Shown one piece after another: positions 10,447 to 19,851 of a DNA stretch of 64,000 nucleotides. The position numbers were made by a program, and so were the translations under genes. The notes below the pieces were generated by a model. The model did not search any database. It saw nothing but the letters and a program-made list of their open reading frames with translations, and was not told where the DNA came from. The stretch lies in NCBI GenBank assembly GCA_002840505.1, contig PHBC01000003.1, forward strand, positions 569,340 to 633,339. The letters run 5' to 3'. The stretch's first letter is position 1. Each line of letters opens with the position of its first letter. The DNA comes from Deltaproteobacteria bacterium HGW-Deltaproteobacteria-2 (GTDB taxonomy: Bacteria; Desulfobacterota; Syntrophia; Syntrophales; Smithellaceae).

Positions 10447-11054
10447 GGTTTTTGCTCTCCCGTCTCCTTTACTAAACAGTCATTCAGGAATTCTACTTTT
10501 TTGAGCGTCTCAATATCGAAATTACCTTTGACTAGCTTCTCTAAAAGCGTGTGATACATTTTTACATGAAATTGGAGCGCTTCCGCAGTCAGCAAATGCG
10601 TCCCCTGAACGGCAAAAGGCGGCAGATAAATCATTTTACAAAGAGTCGCTGTCTGTTCAAATGGAACGAGAAACTCCCTGATTGTAAAACGATTAAAGGC
10701 ATTAGCTGCGTATACTTCCCGGGTACCACCGGAAGTTATAACATTGAAGATAATTTTATTATTGAGATTGTCACCGCCCCGGCCATGCGCCCATCCGTGC
10801 TCCAGCACCAGATCAATCCACTGCTTGAGCAGAGCCGGAGAGCTATACATGTAGAAAGGGTGATGCCAGATAATAATCTGATGAGTCAGCAGAAGCTCTT
10901 TTTCACGATCGGCATCTATATTGAAATCAGGATATTGTTCATACAAATCGTTTAAAGTAACACCGTCGATGCTATCGATATCTTTTAGCAGCGCGCGATT
11001 AGTTTTGGATTTTTCAAAACGCGGATGGGCGAAAAGAATAAGAATTTTATTCAT
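10443..11054 (-). CDS. kefF: Kef ancillary NAD(P)H oxidoreductase KefF/KefG
   Basis: LFAHP, DLYEQYPDFNID, PFYMYSSPALLKQWID; overlaps the kefC start by 4 nt. Confidence 0.88.
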   Translation of the reverse strand: MNKILILFAHPRFEKSKTNRALLKDIDSIDGVTLNDLYEQYPDFNIDADREKELLLTHQIIIWHHPFYMYSSPALLKQWIDLVLEHGWAHGRGGDNLNNKIIFNVITSGGTREVYAANAFNRFTIREFLVPFEQTATLCKMIYLPPFAVQGTHLLTAEALQFHVKMYHTLLEKLVKGNFDIETLKKVEFLNDCLVKETGEQKP

Positions 11055-11300
11055 TAACAATCACCTTTGCGTAATTGAAGCTTGTTATTATAGGCAAGTT
11101 TTTAGCATATTTACTAATTATTTCCAAAGGCATATTTTAGACAACTGTTTAAGTTATTATCATGAAGGATAGGAGTTGGGGATATAATAGGTCAACACTT
11201 CGCTGCTAAGAATTAAATATTTTTGCTGAATTTTCAGAATTGCTTTAATAACCTTTTTACCTGTCCTTTTGATAACATTTTATTCGAGACATTTCTAACC

Positions 11301-11329
11301 TTGACATTTAAGCGCAATACGCTTAATTT
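11301..11329 (+). promoter_or_regulatory. Sigma70-like promoter with an overlapping palindrome
   Basis: TTGACA-17-TAATTT. TAAGCG-caata-CGCTTA (11309-11325) lies in the spacer; upstream of the enoyl-CoA hydratase gene. Confidence 0.5.
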
Positions 11330-11423
11330 TAGCGCGTTTTGATTTTTTACGCTAATTACAAGTAGGTATGTATGCTGTATTCCAAATCACGCTGTTCTCA
11401 ACAACAATAAAAGGAGAGTCCCT

Positions 11424-12203
11424 ATGGAAAATTTGATATTCACAAAAGAAAACAAGATTGGAATCCTGACTTTTAACAGACCGGAGTCAAAAAATTCACT
11501 CGATGCCCGGGCGTACGATGAACTTTTCGAACTCATACCTCAGATAGACAAGGACGAGGATATCAACGTACTCATCATTACAGGAGCGGGAGACTCGTTT
11601 TGTGCCGGGATCAATCTGAGCTTTGCAGCCTCTTTGAAAGACGCCAGCCCGGCATGGATGCGATGGTTTATCAAAAAAGTCCAGGTCACTTTCTCATTTG
11701 AAAAAATGAGACAACCCGTAATATCGGCGGTCAGGGGACACGCTGTCGGTAACGGCTGTGATATAGCTGTTGCCAGCGATTTTATCATTGCTTCGGAAAC
11801 CGCTAAATTCGCAATGGCCTACACCACTTTAGGATTGGTGCCGGATGCGGGTGGAACCTACAGGCTTACAAAACTTATCGGTCCGTCAAAGGCCAAAGAA
11901 CTCATTCTCACCGGCGAGAGAATCGATGCTAAAAGAGCTTATGAGATAGGAATGGTCACCAAGGTTGTGCCGGATGATAAGTTAATGGACGAGGCCATGG
12001 TTTTGGCAACCAAACTCGCTAAAAGGGCTCCTCTGGCTCTTTCCATGTCCAAGGCAGCCATCGACAATGCTTTGAGCGGTAATTTTTGCATAAACCAGGA
12101 TCTGGAGCTATATATGCAGGGAGTCTGTATCCCCAGCCATGATGCAACGGAAGCGGTTATCTCGTTTTTGGAAAAAAGAGACGGTAATTTCACCGGAAAG
12201 TAA
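11424..12203 (+). CDS. Enoyl-CoA hydratase/isomerase
   Basis: FCAGINL, ISAVRGHAVGNG, GLVPDAGG, crotonase fold; AAGGAG RBS. Confidence 0.92.
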   Translation: MENLIFTKENKIGILTFNRPESKNSLDARAYDELFELIPQIDKDEDINVLIITGAGDSFCAGINLSFAASLKDASPAWMRWFIKKVQVTFSFEKMRQPVISAVRGHAVGNGCDIAVASDFIIASETAKFAMAYTTLGLVPDAGGTYRLTKLIGPSKAKELILTGERIDAKRAYEIGMVTKVVPDDKLMDEAMVLATKLAKRAPLALSMSKAAIDNALSGNFCINQDLELYMQGVCIPSHDATEAVISFLEKRDGNFTGK

Positions 12204-12282
12204 AAGGTTAGAATCACTTTTACTGGAGACATATTCTTAGAAGTTTGCGCTTTTACGTTAAAGCAAAATCTGGTTTGCTGTT

Positions 12283-13059
12283 TTAAGCAATCCAGAAGAG
12301 GCTTATTACGCCCGCCAGATAAAAAGAAAGTCCGATGATGAAATGATTCTTTTTTAAACGCTCAAGAAACAACGAGAGTGCTGCTCCCAAACCACAGGCA
12401 GACAGGTAAGGAATGAAAATCTGTATCGTTGTAAAGTGAAGCAAATCATCGGGAAGATAATAGAACAGGTAAGTACTATACAGTAATATTGAAAATATAT
12501 TAGTCAGGATTTCAAGCGCCATTGCATCGAGCGCATACAAATAAGTTTTTGCCGCGCCATTGTTGATATTAACCAGCCTGGGATTTGTTTCAATGGCGCT
12601 GTTCATGCAATAAACAAAAAAGCCGTATAGCGGCCACATAAACATGCCTACGCCGGAAGTATATCCCTGATGGATCGGCCAGACTTTATAAAGCCAGCCA
12701 GGTTCCCCCATAAATTTTACAAAAACAGTGTCAAGAATAATTTCAAACCACATGGCGCCGAAAAAAGTGCATCCCATATAAAGCACCAGTTTCGGAAAGT
12801 GGATGGGTAATATTTTTTTTGCCACGAAACTGCAAAAAAGATAGAGCAGTGGCAAAAAGAATAAAACAAAAACAATTATATATTCAGGCCAGTATTGGGA
12901 ATCAAGACTCGTGATTTTAATGCCGGCCTTCTCAATTAAAAGCCACCAGGAAAAATGCGTAACAACCCAAAAAATTATATAACATGCTATAAAAAACAAA
13001 AGCGCCCGCATCAAATAAGCAGGATTTAAAACCTTTTTTAATGAATTGTTATTCTGCAT
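12283..13059 (-). CDS. Hypothetical polytopic membrane protein
   Basis: About 7 hydrophobic segments. ATG 13059 preferred over GTG 13077, which lies inside the upstream repeat. Confidence 0.7.
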   Translation of the reverse strand: MQNNNSLKKVLNPAYLMRALLFFIACYIIFWVVTHFSWWLLIEKAGIKITSLDSQYWPEYIIVFVLFFLPLLYLFCSFVAKKILPIHFPKLVLYMGCTFFGAMWFEIILDTVFVKFMGEPGWLYKVWPIHQGYTSGVGMFMWPLYGFFVYCMNSAIETNPRLVNINNGAAKTYLYALDAMALEILTNIFSILLYSTYLFYYLPDDLLHFTTIQIFIPYLSACGLGAALSLFLERLKKNHFIIGLSFYLAGVISLFWIA

Positions 13060-13071
13060 GATGATGATTTC

Positions 13072-13240
13072 TACCACATGTTGACCTAGAGTTCAGCTAT
13101 TTTCGATTATTTCTTATGATATAGGACAACAAAAGAGAAATCATCAAAGATAAAAAGACCAGAAAACAGGTTTTTGCATCGGGTAAAAAAGCAGCAATGC
13201 CTTCAAATATTTTAGGCGTTAAATTAAGTTCCGGTTAATT
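13072..13240. repeat. Diverged direct repeat, copy 1
   Basis: TACCACATGTTGACCTAGAGTTCAGCTATTTTCGATTATTT matches 14509-14550; patchy similarity continues to GTTAATT. Confidence 0.7.
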
Positions 13241-13398
13241 ATCTCTTTCAATCACTTGGTTTCAGTAGTAGGCAGTTGTTAGAATTGAGGATTACTGATT
13301 GAAAGATATTAACTACACTATCTTCTTTGATTTATAGTGATGATGGTCTTTATCCGTCCACTTTTTTTTAAAAAAGTCATCTGCCGTGGTGATTATCT

Positions 13399-13626
13399 TT
13401 ATGGTTTTCTGCCATAGAGCCTAATTGAGGTATTAGAGAGAAGATATACATCGTAAATTTCCTGACCGTACTCCTTTAAAATTACATAATCATTAGACAC
13501 GTCCTCAATTCTGTATAATTCACTTTTTTGCTCCCCTATAACAATCTGACACCAACAATGATCTTCTTTGGAAATAACTTCGCATTGACTCCCAATATGT
13601 TTTCCTAAAATTTCTTTGTATGTCAT
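13399..13626 (-). CDS. Small hypothetical protein
   Basis: 75-aa ORF with AAAGGAG RBS. Confidence 0.6.
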   Translation of the reverse strand: MTYKEILGKHIGSQCEVISKEDHCWCQIVIGEQKSELYRIEDVSNDYVILKEYGQEIYDVYLLSNTSIRLYGRKP

Positions 13627-13729
13627 ATTCTCTTCTCCTTTAATTAAAGGTCTTCTGTTTTAGATCTATGGACGTAGAATAGCAGTTAATTAATATACTT
13701 GGGAATTTCAACCACTGACCTACGTCAAA

Positions 13730-14275
13730 CTATTCCATACAAGAAATTTTTTGGAATGTTGATATCTCTCTTATAGGGATTTTTTTCTTTAACAATTCTT
13801 CAGGAGGCTTGTCTTTTAAACAAAAAGCTTGTTCCAAATAAATATAGACCGGGGACATTTTTGAATTGAATATTTTTGATTCCATCAACATTTCATTAAA
13901 TATTTCACAAATGCCCGAATCTTCTTTAATAAACCCTTTTATCTCTGGAATGGGAATTGTATCCTCTTTAGAACTGTTCACTATTTCAATATAACCGATG
14001 TAGTTTTTATATTCTTCTGTTAAACTCCGTGCTGCATTTAAAATAAAACTAATATTTTCAAATCCTGAAACTGAGATAACCCCTCTATAAGAAATTTGAC
14101 CTGCTGTGCGTGACCGAAATGATGTTGAGTTATGTTTCCCAAAAAACGTTGTTGATTTATGTTTTTCCAAAATAGAAAAACTAATTGGCAAAAGAGAATT
14201 TATAAATTTATGAAACTCTTTCAACATTTCAGGTGACCATGTTGTCGGAAGTTTTTGGGGATCATTTGGGGACAT
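13730..14275 (-). CDS. Hypothetical protein (AT-rich)
   Basis: 181-aa ORF with AAGGA RBS; no recognised motif. Confidence 0.6.
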   Translation of the reverse strand: MSPNDPQKLPTTWSPEMLKEFHKFINSLLPISFSILEKHKSTTFFGKHNSTSFRSRTAGQISYRGVISVSGFENISFILNAARSLTEEYKNYIGYIEIVNSSKEDTIPIPEIKGFIKEDSGICEIFNEMLMESKIFNSKMSPVYIYLEQAFCLKDKPPEELLKKKIPIREISTFQKISCME

Positions 14276-14508
14276 GATTTTAATCCTTTCCTTTAATTTA
14301 TAATTTACCTATAAAGTTACCTTTTCATTTTCCCAAAATAAAAATCCACTTCCTCTATTCAAGAAAGTGGGGCCTATGTTTTTCCCGTATCGTTCATCTA
14401 ATACACTCACTCCATTTGAGAGTTTTATGAGTAACAGACTACTAAATAATTTTTTAAATTGTGTTCTATAAATAACCTTTAATTATAAATATTTCAATGA
14501 AATATTTA

Positions 14509-14663
14509 TACCACATGTTAATCTAGAGTTCAGCCACTTTTTGATTATTTACGAAAGGCAACATAATAAAAAACGAAAAAGCTAGAAAACGGGCTTGGAA
14601 ATGGGGCGGGAAAACAACAACGCTGTTCAAAAGCGCTGAGGTGCTAAGCGCGCATCGTTAATT
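14509..14663. repeat. Diverged direct repeat, copy 2
   Basis: TACCACATGTTAATCTAGAGTTCAGCCACTTTTTGATTATTT... matches 13072 onward. Confidence 0.7.
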
Positions 14664-14667
14664 TTCA

Positions 14668-14784
14668 AGGCTTTTCAAAAATGTCCAGATGCAAGGCTCC
14701 CGACCCCTGAGGAGTGAGACGTATTTTGTGCATACGTCGCAATCCCGATTTTATCGGGACAGATGGGCCTTTTTCAGCAGTCCT
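14668..14784. mobile_element. MITE-like element with imperfect terminal inverted repeats
   Basis: Ends AGGCTTTTCAAAAATGTCCA / TGGGCCTTTTTCAGCAGTCCT. Internal hairpins GACGTAT/ATACGTC and TCCCGAT/ATCGGGA. Confidence 0.6.
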
Positions 14785-14788
14785 GCGC

Positions 14789-17446
14789 TTAGTGAGCTTC
14801 GTCCCAATTCTTCCCAAATGCAATCTCAACTTTGAGCGGTACCTTCAGTTTAATAACTTCTTCCATTTCTTTTTTAACAAGCGCCATGACTTCTTCTTTT
14901 TCCGCAATCGGCGCTTCGACAACTAATTCATCATGTACCTGCATAATTAGACGGGCGGAAAGCTTTTTCTTCAAAAATAACCCCGCAATATTCACCATCG
15001 CCACTTTAATCAGATCGGCGGCGCTGCCCTGAATGGGGGTATTGATCGCCATGCGTTCGGCAAACTGGCGCACGGAAGGAATCTTGTTTTTCAGTTCCGG
15101 CAAGTAACGGCGGCGATTGAGTAGTGTGCAGACAAAACCGTCCCGGCGCGCCCCTTCCAAAATGCCATCCAAATAGATGCGTACTTTTTTATAGCGTTGA
15201 AAATATCCTTCAATATATTCCTGCGCGATTTTCATGGAAACGCCCAGTTCTTTAGCCAGACCGAAGGCGCTCATTCCGTAAAGAATGCCGAAGTTGATGA
15301 CTTTGGCCTGGCGGCGCATATCGGCATTAACCATCTGCGGAAAAACTCCGAAAACATCCGATGCCGTGCGTGTGTGAATATCCTCGTCAGAGGCAAAGGC
15401 ATCAATGAGCGCTTTGTCTTCCGATAAATGCGCCAGCACCCTAAGCTCTATTTGTGAATAGTCGGCGGAAATCAAGAAACAATCCGGATCGGCGATGAAA
15501 GCCTGACGGATTCTTTTGCCTTCCAGCGTCCGGATAGGAATGTTCTGCAAGTTGGGATTACTGCTCGAGAGTCTGCCAGTTGCCGTTACTGTCTGGTTAT
15601 ATGATGTATGAATTCTGCCGGTATTGGGATTGATCAAAGCGGGCAGAGCGTCCACGTAAGTCGACTTGAGCTTGGTCAGTGAGCGGTAAGCCAGAATCTC
15701 CGCAGGAAGTTCATGACTGCGGGCAAGATCAGTAAGCACATCCACATCCGTGGAATAACCATCTTTTGTTTTTTTCCCAGATGGTAATTTTAATTTTTCA
15801 AATAAAATATTCTGCAACTGTTTGGGCGAATTGATATTGAATTTTTCACCGGCGAGGCGGTGAATCTTTTCTTCGGATATAGAGAGCAATTGCGCAAGAT
15901 CCGCCGACATCTGCTGCAGAAGAGAAGTATCCAGCAACACGCCTTTCTTCTCCATTTCAGAAAGAACGTGCAGCAGCGGCATCTCTACTTTGCTGTAGAG
16001 CTCAATGGCATCTATCTTCTTTAACTGCGCGGTTACCACTGGAGCAAGTTCATGAATGGCATCGGCACGCTGTCCTGCGTAGGCAGTCATTTTATCGAGA
16101 GGAACTAAAGCCATCGGGTAAGTTTTACCTTTGCCTCCGGCAACATCGTTGGGCTCGGGAATTCGCTCATGTAGATATTCCCAGACAACTTCGTCGAGAT
16201 TATAGGAATTTTTAGCCGGATTAAGCAGATAAGCAGCCAGCAGCAAATCTTCGCCTGAGTGAACTTCAAAACCATCCAGAGAAACAAGCGTTGCTTTCAA
16301 ATCATAAACATATTTTTTTATTCCGTGACTGCTCAGGACAGGAGCAAGAGCGGAGAATACTTCTTTTGCCGGCAACTGCTCTAAAATGTTTGTATGACCA
16401 ATCGGAATGTAAAAAGCATCTTTGCCTTCGCTAAGAGCAATACCGATTAAATCCGTTGGAGGATTTTTTTCAAAAATTACTTCCAATGAAATTTCATGGC
16501 TTTTTTTCAAATGGGAGACAAGTTCATCAAGTGATTTTCTATCTAAGATTTGTTTGTATTCTTTGACCGGTTTTGCCTTATCCTGTTTAATTTCCTGCAG
16601 CAGTGAGGAAAATTCAAATTCACTGAAAAGCTTCGAAAGAATTTCCTTGTCCGGTTCTCTGGCTGCCGCATCCTGAATATCGAAATCGATTTCGACGTCT
16701 TTTCTGATATTGGCGAGCTGACGGCTGAGTCTTGCCTGCTCGGCGTACTGACGAAAGCTTTCGCGCAGTTTAACGTTTCTTAAATTCTCTGAATTCTTTA
16801 TAACTTCTTCTACAGAGCCATATTCCTCGATCAGCCTTTGCGCCGTTTTGGGACCTATGCCGGGAACTCCCGGAATGTTGTCGGATGTATCGCCCATCAA
16901 TCCCAGAATCTCCACTACCTTGTCAGGCCCGACACCGAACTTTTCTTTCACCGCCGCTGCATCATAGGTTTTATCTTTCATTGTATCGATCATGGTGACG
17001 TTTTCACCAACCAACTGCATCAAATCCTTATCACCGGAAATAATGGCTGTCCGCCAGCCTTTTTCATTCACCAGACCCGTAAGCGTTCCGATCAGATCGT
17101 CAGCTTCGATTCCCTGCTTTTCCAGGACGCAAATGGAAAATCCACGAACGACATCCTTGATAAACGGAATCTGAGGAATAAGATCGTCCGGCATTGGCTT
17201 GCGCGTCGCCTTGTAGTCTTCAAATTCTCCGTGACGCGTTGTCGGCCCCTTCAGATCAAATGTCACCACGATGTAGTCCGGCTTAAGATCACGCTTGAGT
17301 TTCAGCAGCATGTTGGTAAAGCCGTAAATGGCATTGGTGGGAAAACCTTTGGAATTCGTCAAAAGAGGCAGCCCATAGAAGGCGCGGTAAATATAATTGC
17401 TGCCGTCAACAAGAGCCACAAGCGGTGTTCTATTTTTTTCGGTCAT
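14789..17446 (-). CDS. polA: DNA polymerase I
   Basis: 5'-3' exonuclease (DGSNYIYRAFY, EADDLIG, GDTSDNIPGVPGIG) and polymerase motifs (DYSQIELR, RRQAKVINFGILYG, QVHDEL). Confidence 0.99.
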   Translation of the reverse strand: MTEKNRTPLVALVDGSNYIYRAFYGLPLLTNSKGFPTNAIYGFTNMLLKLKRDLKPDYIVVTFDLKGPTTRHGEFEDYKATRKPMPDDLIPQIPFIKDVVRGFSICVLEKQGIEADDLIGTLTGLVNEKGWRTAIISGDKDLMQLVGENVTMIDTMKDKTYDAAAVKEKFGVGPDKVVEILGLMGDTSDNIPGVPGIGPKTAQRLIEEYGSVEEVIKNSENLRNVKLRESFRQYAEQARLSRQLANIRKDVEIDFDIQDAAAREPDKEILSKLFSEFEFSSLLQEIKQDKAKPVKEYKQILDRKSLDELVSHLKKSHEISLEVIFEKNPPTDLIGIALSEGKDAFYIPIGHTNILEQLPAKEVFSALAPVLSSHGIKKYVYDLKATLVSLDGFEVHSGEDLLLAAYLLNPAKNSYNLDEVVWEYLHERIPEPNDVAGGKGKTYPMALVPLDKMTAYAGQRADAIHELAPVVTAQLKKIDAIELYSKVEMPLLHVLSEMEKKGVLLDTSLLQQMSADLAQLLSISEEKIHRLAGEKFNINSPKQLQNILFEKLKLPSGKKTKDGYSTDVDVLTDLARSHELPAEILAYRSLTKLKSTYVDALPALINPNTGRIHTSYNQTVTATGRLSSSNPNLQNIPIRTLEGKRIRQAFIADPDCFLISADYSQIELRVLAHLSEDKALIDAFASDEDIHTRTASDVFGVFPQMVNADMRRQAKVINFGILYGMSAFGLAKELGVSMKIAQEYIEGYFQRYKKVRIYLDGILEGARRDGFVCTLLNRRRYLPELKNKIPSVRQFAERMAINTPIQGSAADLIKVAMVNIAGLFLKKKLSARLIMQVHDELVVEAPIAEKEEVMALVKKEMEEVIKLKVPLKVEIAFGKNWDEAH

Positions 17447-17547
17447 AAATTAATTATTCCTATTCAGGATAGATAAATATATTTTTTATAATTCTCCTGC
17501 CGACGACTATGCCAACAAAGGTATGCAATCAAAGACGTGGCAGCAAC

Positions 17548-17994
17548 TTATAAATCGAAGGAGGCATTTATCTTAAACGTTCTTACCGCCCGCATATCCA
17601 GAATATCCGTGACACCGGTTTTTTCTTTTACTTCTTTTAGAAATATTTCTAACTCCTTAGCATCTGCGGCGCTGAAGGTAAACCAGATGTTGTATTCGTT
17701 ATCACGCCGGTAATTATGCGTGACATTTTTATCGGCATTCACAACTGCAACGAAGCTATCTATCTTTTCTTCAGGAACACGCGCAGCGCAAAGCGTGCTG
17801 ACACGTCCTAGCTTCGCGCCATCAAACACAGCGCCGATCCTCCGGATGATTCCCTCTTCTTTCATCTTCAGAACGCGGCTGATTGTTTCAGCTTCACTGA
17901 TGCCGCACCGCTCACCAACAATTAAAAAAGGCTGTTCCTCCAGCGGAAATTCCTTCTGCAGAATGTTTAGTATCTTTTTATCTATCTCATCCAT
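17548..17994 (-). CDS. ahbA: Siroheme decarboxylase subunit (AhbA/NirD-like, Lrp/AsnC fold)
   Basis: LQKEFPL...GIIRRIGAVFD...STLCAARVP...VTHNYRR..YNIWFT; last gene of the haem operon. Confidence 0.88.
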   Translation of the reverse strand: MDEIDKKILNILQKEFPLEEQPFLIVGERCGISEAETISRVLKMKEEGIIRRIGAVFDGAKLGRVSTLCAARVPEEKIDSFVAVVNADKNVTHNYRRDNEYNIWFTFSAADAKELEIFLKEVKEKTGVTDILDMRAVRTFKINASFDL

Positions 17995-18007
17995 GATTTA
18001 CTCTTTT

Positions 18008-18035
18008 CGTCATACCGGCGAAGGCCGGTATCCAG
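18008..18035 (+). repeat. REP-like palindrome, type A, left arm
   Basis: CGTC-ATACCG-GCGAAGGC-CGGTAT-CCAG; abuts the GIY-YIG stop codon. Confidence 0.9.
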
Positions 18036-18326
18036 TTATAAAATTGAATCATATAAATCATTCCAATTAGGATTATCTTTTTCAAGTAGCCTGACATTCC
18101 AAGCTCTTTTCCATTCTTTCACATTCTTTTCATGCTCAATAGCAGCATCTATATCATCATGCAGTTCATACCAGACAAGATTATGAACTTTGTATCTTCT
18201 AGTAAATCCTTCAACCAGGTCGTTCTTATGTTCCCATATTCTTTTAACCAGATCGGAAGTAACTCCCGTATAAAGAGTACCATTTTTCTTACTTGCCAAG
18301 ATATATACAGCAGGTTGTTTAATCAT
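18036..18326 (-). CDS. Stand-alone GIY-YIG endonuclease (YhbQ/UPF0213-like)
   Basis: AVYILASKKNGTLYTGVTSDLVKRIWEHK...GFTRRY.V..LVWYE...AIEHEKNVKEWKRAW. Confidence 0.93.
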   Translation of the reverse strand: MIKQPAVYILASKKNGTLYTGVTSDLVKRIWEHKNDLVEGFTRRYKVHNLVWYELHDDIDAAIEHEKNVKEWKRAWNVRLLEKDNPNWNDLYDSIL

Positions 18327-18333
18327 TGATATC

Positions 18334-18389
18334 CTGGTTCCCGGCCTCCGCCGCGACGACGCCTGGATACCGGCCTGCGCCGGTATGAC
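18334..18389 (-). repeat. REP-like palindromes, type A, right arm (degenerate copy plus intact copy)
   Basis: CTGGTTCCCGGCCTCCGCCGCGACGAC (18334-18360) and CTGGATACCGGCCTGCGCCGGTATGAC (18363-18389), inverted relative to 18008-18035. Confidence 0.88.
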
Positions 18390-18403
18390 AAAAGTAATGA
18401 ACT

Positions 18404-19840
18404 TTACTTTTTAGGTTGATACAAGCACAACGGTTCTTCTGCCAAGTAATCCCCCGTCGCCTCATACGCCCGCGCGCGACAACCGCCGCAAACCTTGATG
18501 AACTCACAGTATCCGCATTTGCCGCCGTACTTGCTGTAATCGCGCAGGTTGAGAAACACTTCCGATTTTTCCCAAATATTGGCAAAGCTCTTTTTCTTCA
18601 CATTGCCGCAATCCAGTTCCAGATAACCACAGGGCTGAACCTGTCCAACGTGGGAAATAAAACAAAACGTGATGCCACCCAAACAGCCTCTGGTCGATTC
18701 GTGAAAGTGGCCGCCCGCTTTCTTCACCGGCCTTTCGCCTTTTGGTTTGTTCTGATGCATGATGCGGAAGTAATGCGGAGCGCAGGTGGCCTTGAGTTGA
18801 ATTTCGCAATTTATACTTTCCTGATGAAACCACATCAGCGTCTCTTCATAATCGGCAGCTGTAATAGCCTGACCCGCAAGTTCTTTGCCACGACCTGTGG
18901 GCACTAAAAGAAAAATATGATGTGCTGCCGCACCGATATTCTTTGTTAATTCCAGAATATCTTTAATCTGATCAAGATTGGTTGATGTAATCGTAGTGTT
19001 GATTTGAAATTCCATCCCGGCATTTTTGAGCGCTTCAATTCCTGCCATCGCTCCGGCAAATGCCCCTTTCTCCTGACGAAACGCGTCATGGCTGTGCGCG
19101 TCCTTGCCGTCAATGCTGATACTGACTCTTTTAATGCCGCTCTTAATCATTTTCTGCGCAACTGCTGGTGTAACAAGCGTGCCGTTTGTTGCCATCACCA
19201 TGCGCAGTCCCTTGTTTGTTCCGTAAGCGGCGATTTCAAAAATGTCCGGTCGCAAAAGAGGCTCGCCGCCGGTAAGAATAATTACGGGCGAGGATACTGC
19301 GGCAATTTCATCAATAAGCTTGAAGCACTTAGCTGTGGAAAGTTCCCCCGAATAAGGCCCGCAGCTGGCCGCAGCCCGGCAATGAGCGCAGTTTAAATTG
19401 CAGCTGCGCGTCACTTCCCACGCGATCATGCGGGGTTTGTTTGCCAAACTTTGAGAGCTATTATTTCCCCTCCCTTGAGGGGAGGGGTTAGGGGAGGGTG
19501 AAATTTTTCCCATAATTGTTTCCAAAACACCTTCATTATTTCTTAAAACATCATTATTCCAAAATCTTAATACTTTGTAACCCTCTTTGCTAAACCAGTT
19601 ATCTCTTTCCTTATCCCCGCTTTTATCTTCAGCGTGTTGTCCGCCATCTAACTCGATAATCAGTTTTTGATCAAAGGAAACAAAATCAACAATATAATCA
19701 CCAATGGGTTGCTGCCTTCTGAATTTCGTATTCGACAGTTGTTTTGATTTTAAATATTTCCATAATATTTTTTCTGCGTCGGTCTGGTTTGCTCTTAAAT
19801 TTTTGGCTAACTGAGTAAATCTAGGTTTGATTTGTTTCAA
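18404..19840 (-). CDS. ahbD: Heme b synthase AhbD (radical SAM/SPASM) in frame with an N-terminal DUF559 endonuclease domain
   Basis: aa ~1-113 DUF559 (LRANQTDAEKILW, FRRQQPIGDYIVDF, IELDGGQH, VLRFWNNDV). Then IAWEVTRSCNLNCAHCRA, KATCAPHYFR, RGCLGG, CGYCEFIKVCGGCRARAY. Confidence 0.9.
   Translation of the reverse strand: MKQIKPRFTQLAKNLRANQTDAEKILWKYLKSKQLSNTKFRRQQPIGDYIVDFVSFDQKLIIELDGGQHAEDKSGDKERDNWFSKEGYKVLRFWNNDVLRNNEGVLETIMGKISPSPNPSPQGRGNNSSQSLANKPRMIAWEVTRSCNLNCAHCRAAASCGPYSGELSTAKCFKLIDEIAAVSSPVIILTGGEPLLRPDIFEIAAYGTNKGLRMVMATNGTLVTPAVAQKMIKSGIKRVSISIDGKDAHSHDAFRQEKGAFAGAMAGIEALKNAGMEFQINTTITSTNLDQIKDILELTKNIGAAAHHIFLLVPTGRGKELAGQAITAADYEETLMWFHQESINCEIQLKATCAPHYFRIMHQNKPKGERPVKKAGGHFHESTRGCLGGITFCFISHVGQVQPCGYLELDCGNVKKKSFANIWEKSEVFLNLRDYSKYGGKCGYCEFIKVCGGCRARAYEATGDYLAEEPLCLYQPKK
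19465..19503 (+). repeat. CCCTC-type REP-like palindrome, arm inside the fused ORF
   Basis: TTCCCCTCCCTTGAGGGGAGGGGTTAGGGGAGGGTGAAA, translated on the minus strand as SPSPNPSPQGRG. Confidence 0.88.
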
Positions 19841-19851
19841 TTCAACCTCTT

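Noticed and set aside
13240..14275. Integron cassette array
   Set aside because: Small co-oriented ORFans with hairpins are suggestive, but no convincing RYYYAAC...GTTRRRY attC sites and no integrase were found.
17548..17994. Missing ahbB and hemL as a novelty
   Set aside because: These genes are often encoded elsewhere; this cannot be judged from one window.
18319..18585. 88-aa ORF ending CHTGAGRYPG
   Set aside because: Alternate-frame overlap of ahbD plus translation of the REP arm; not a gene.
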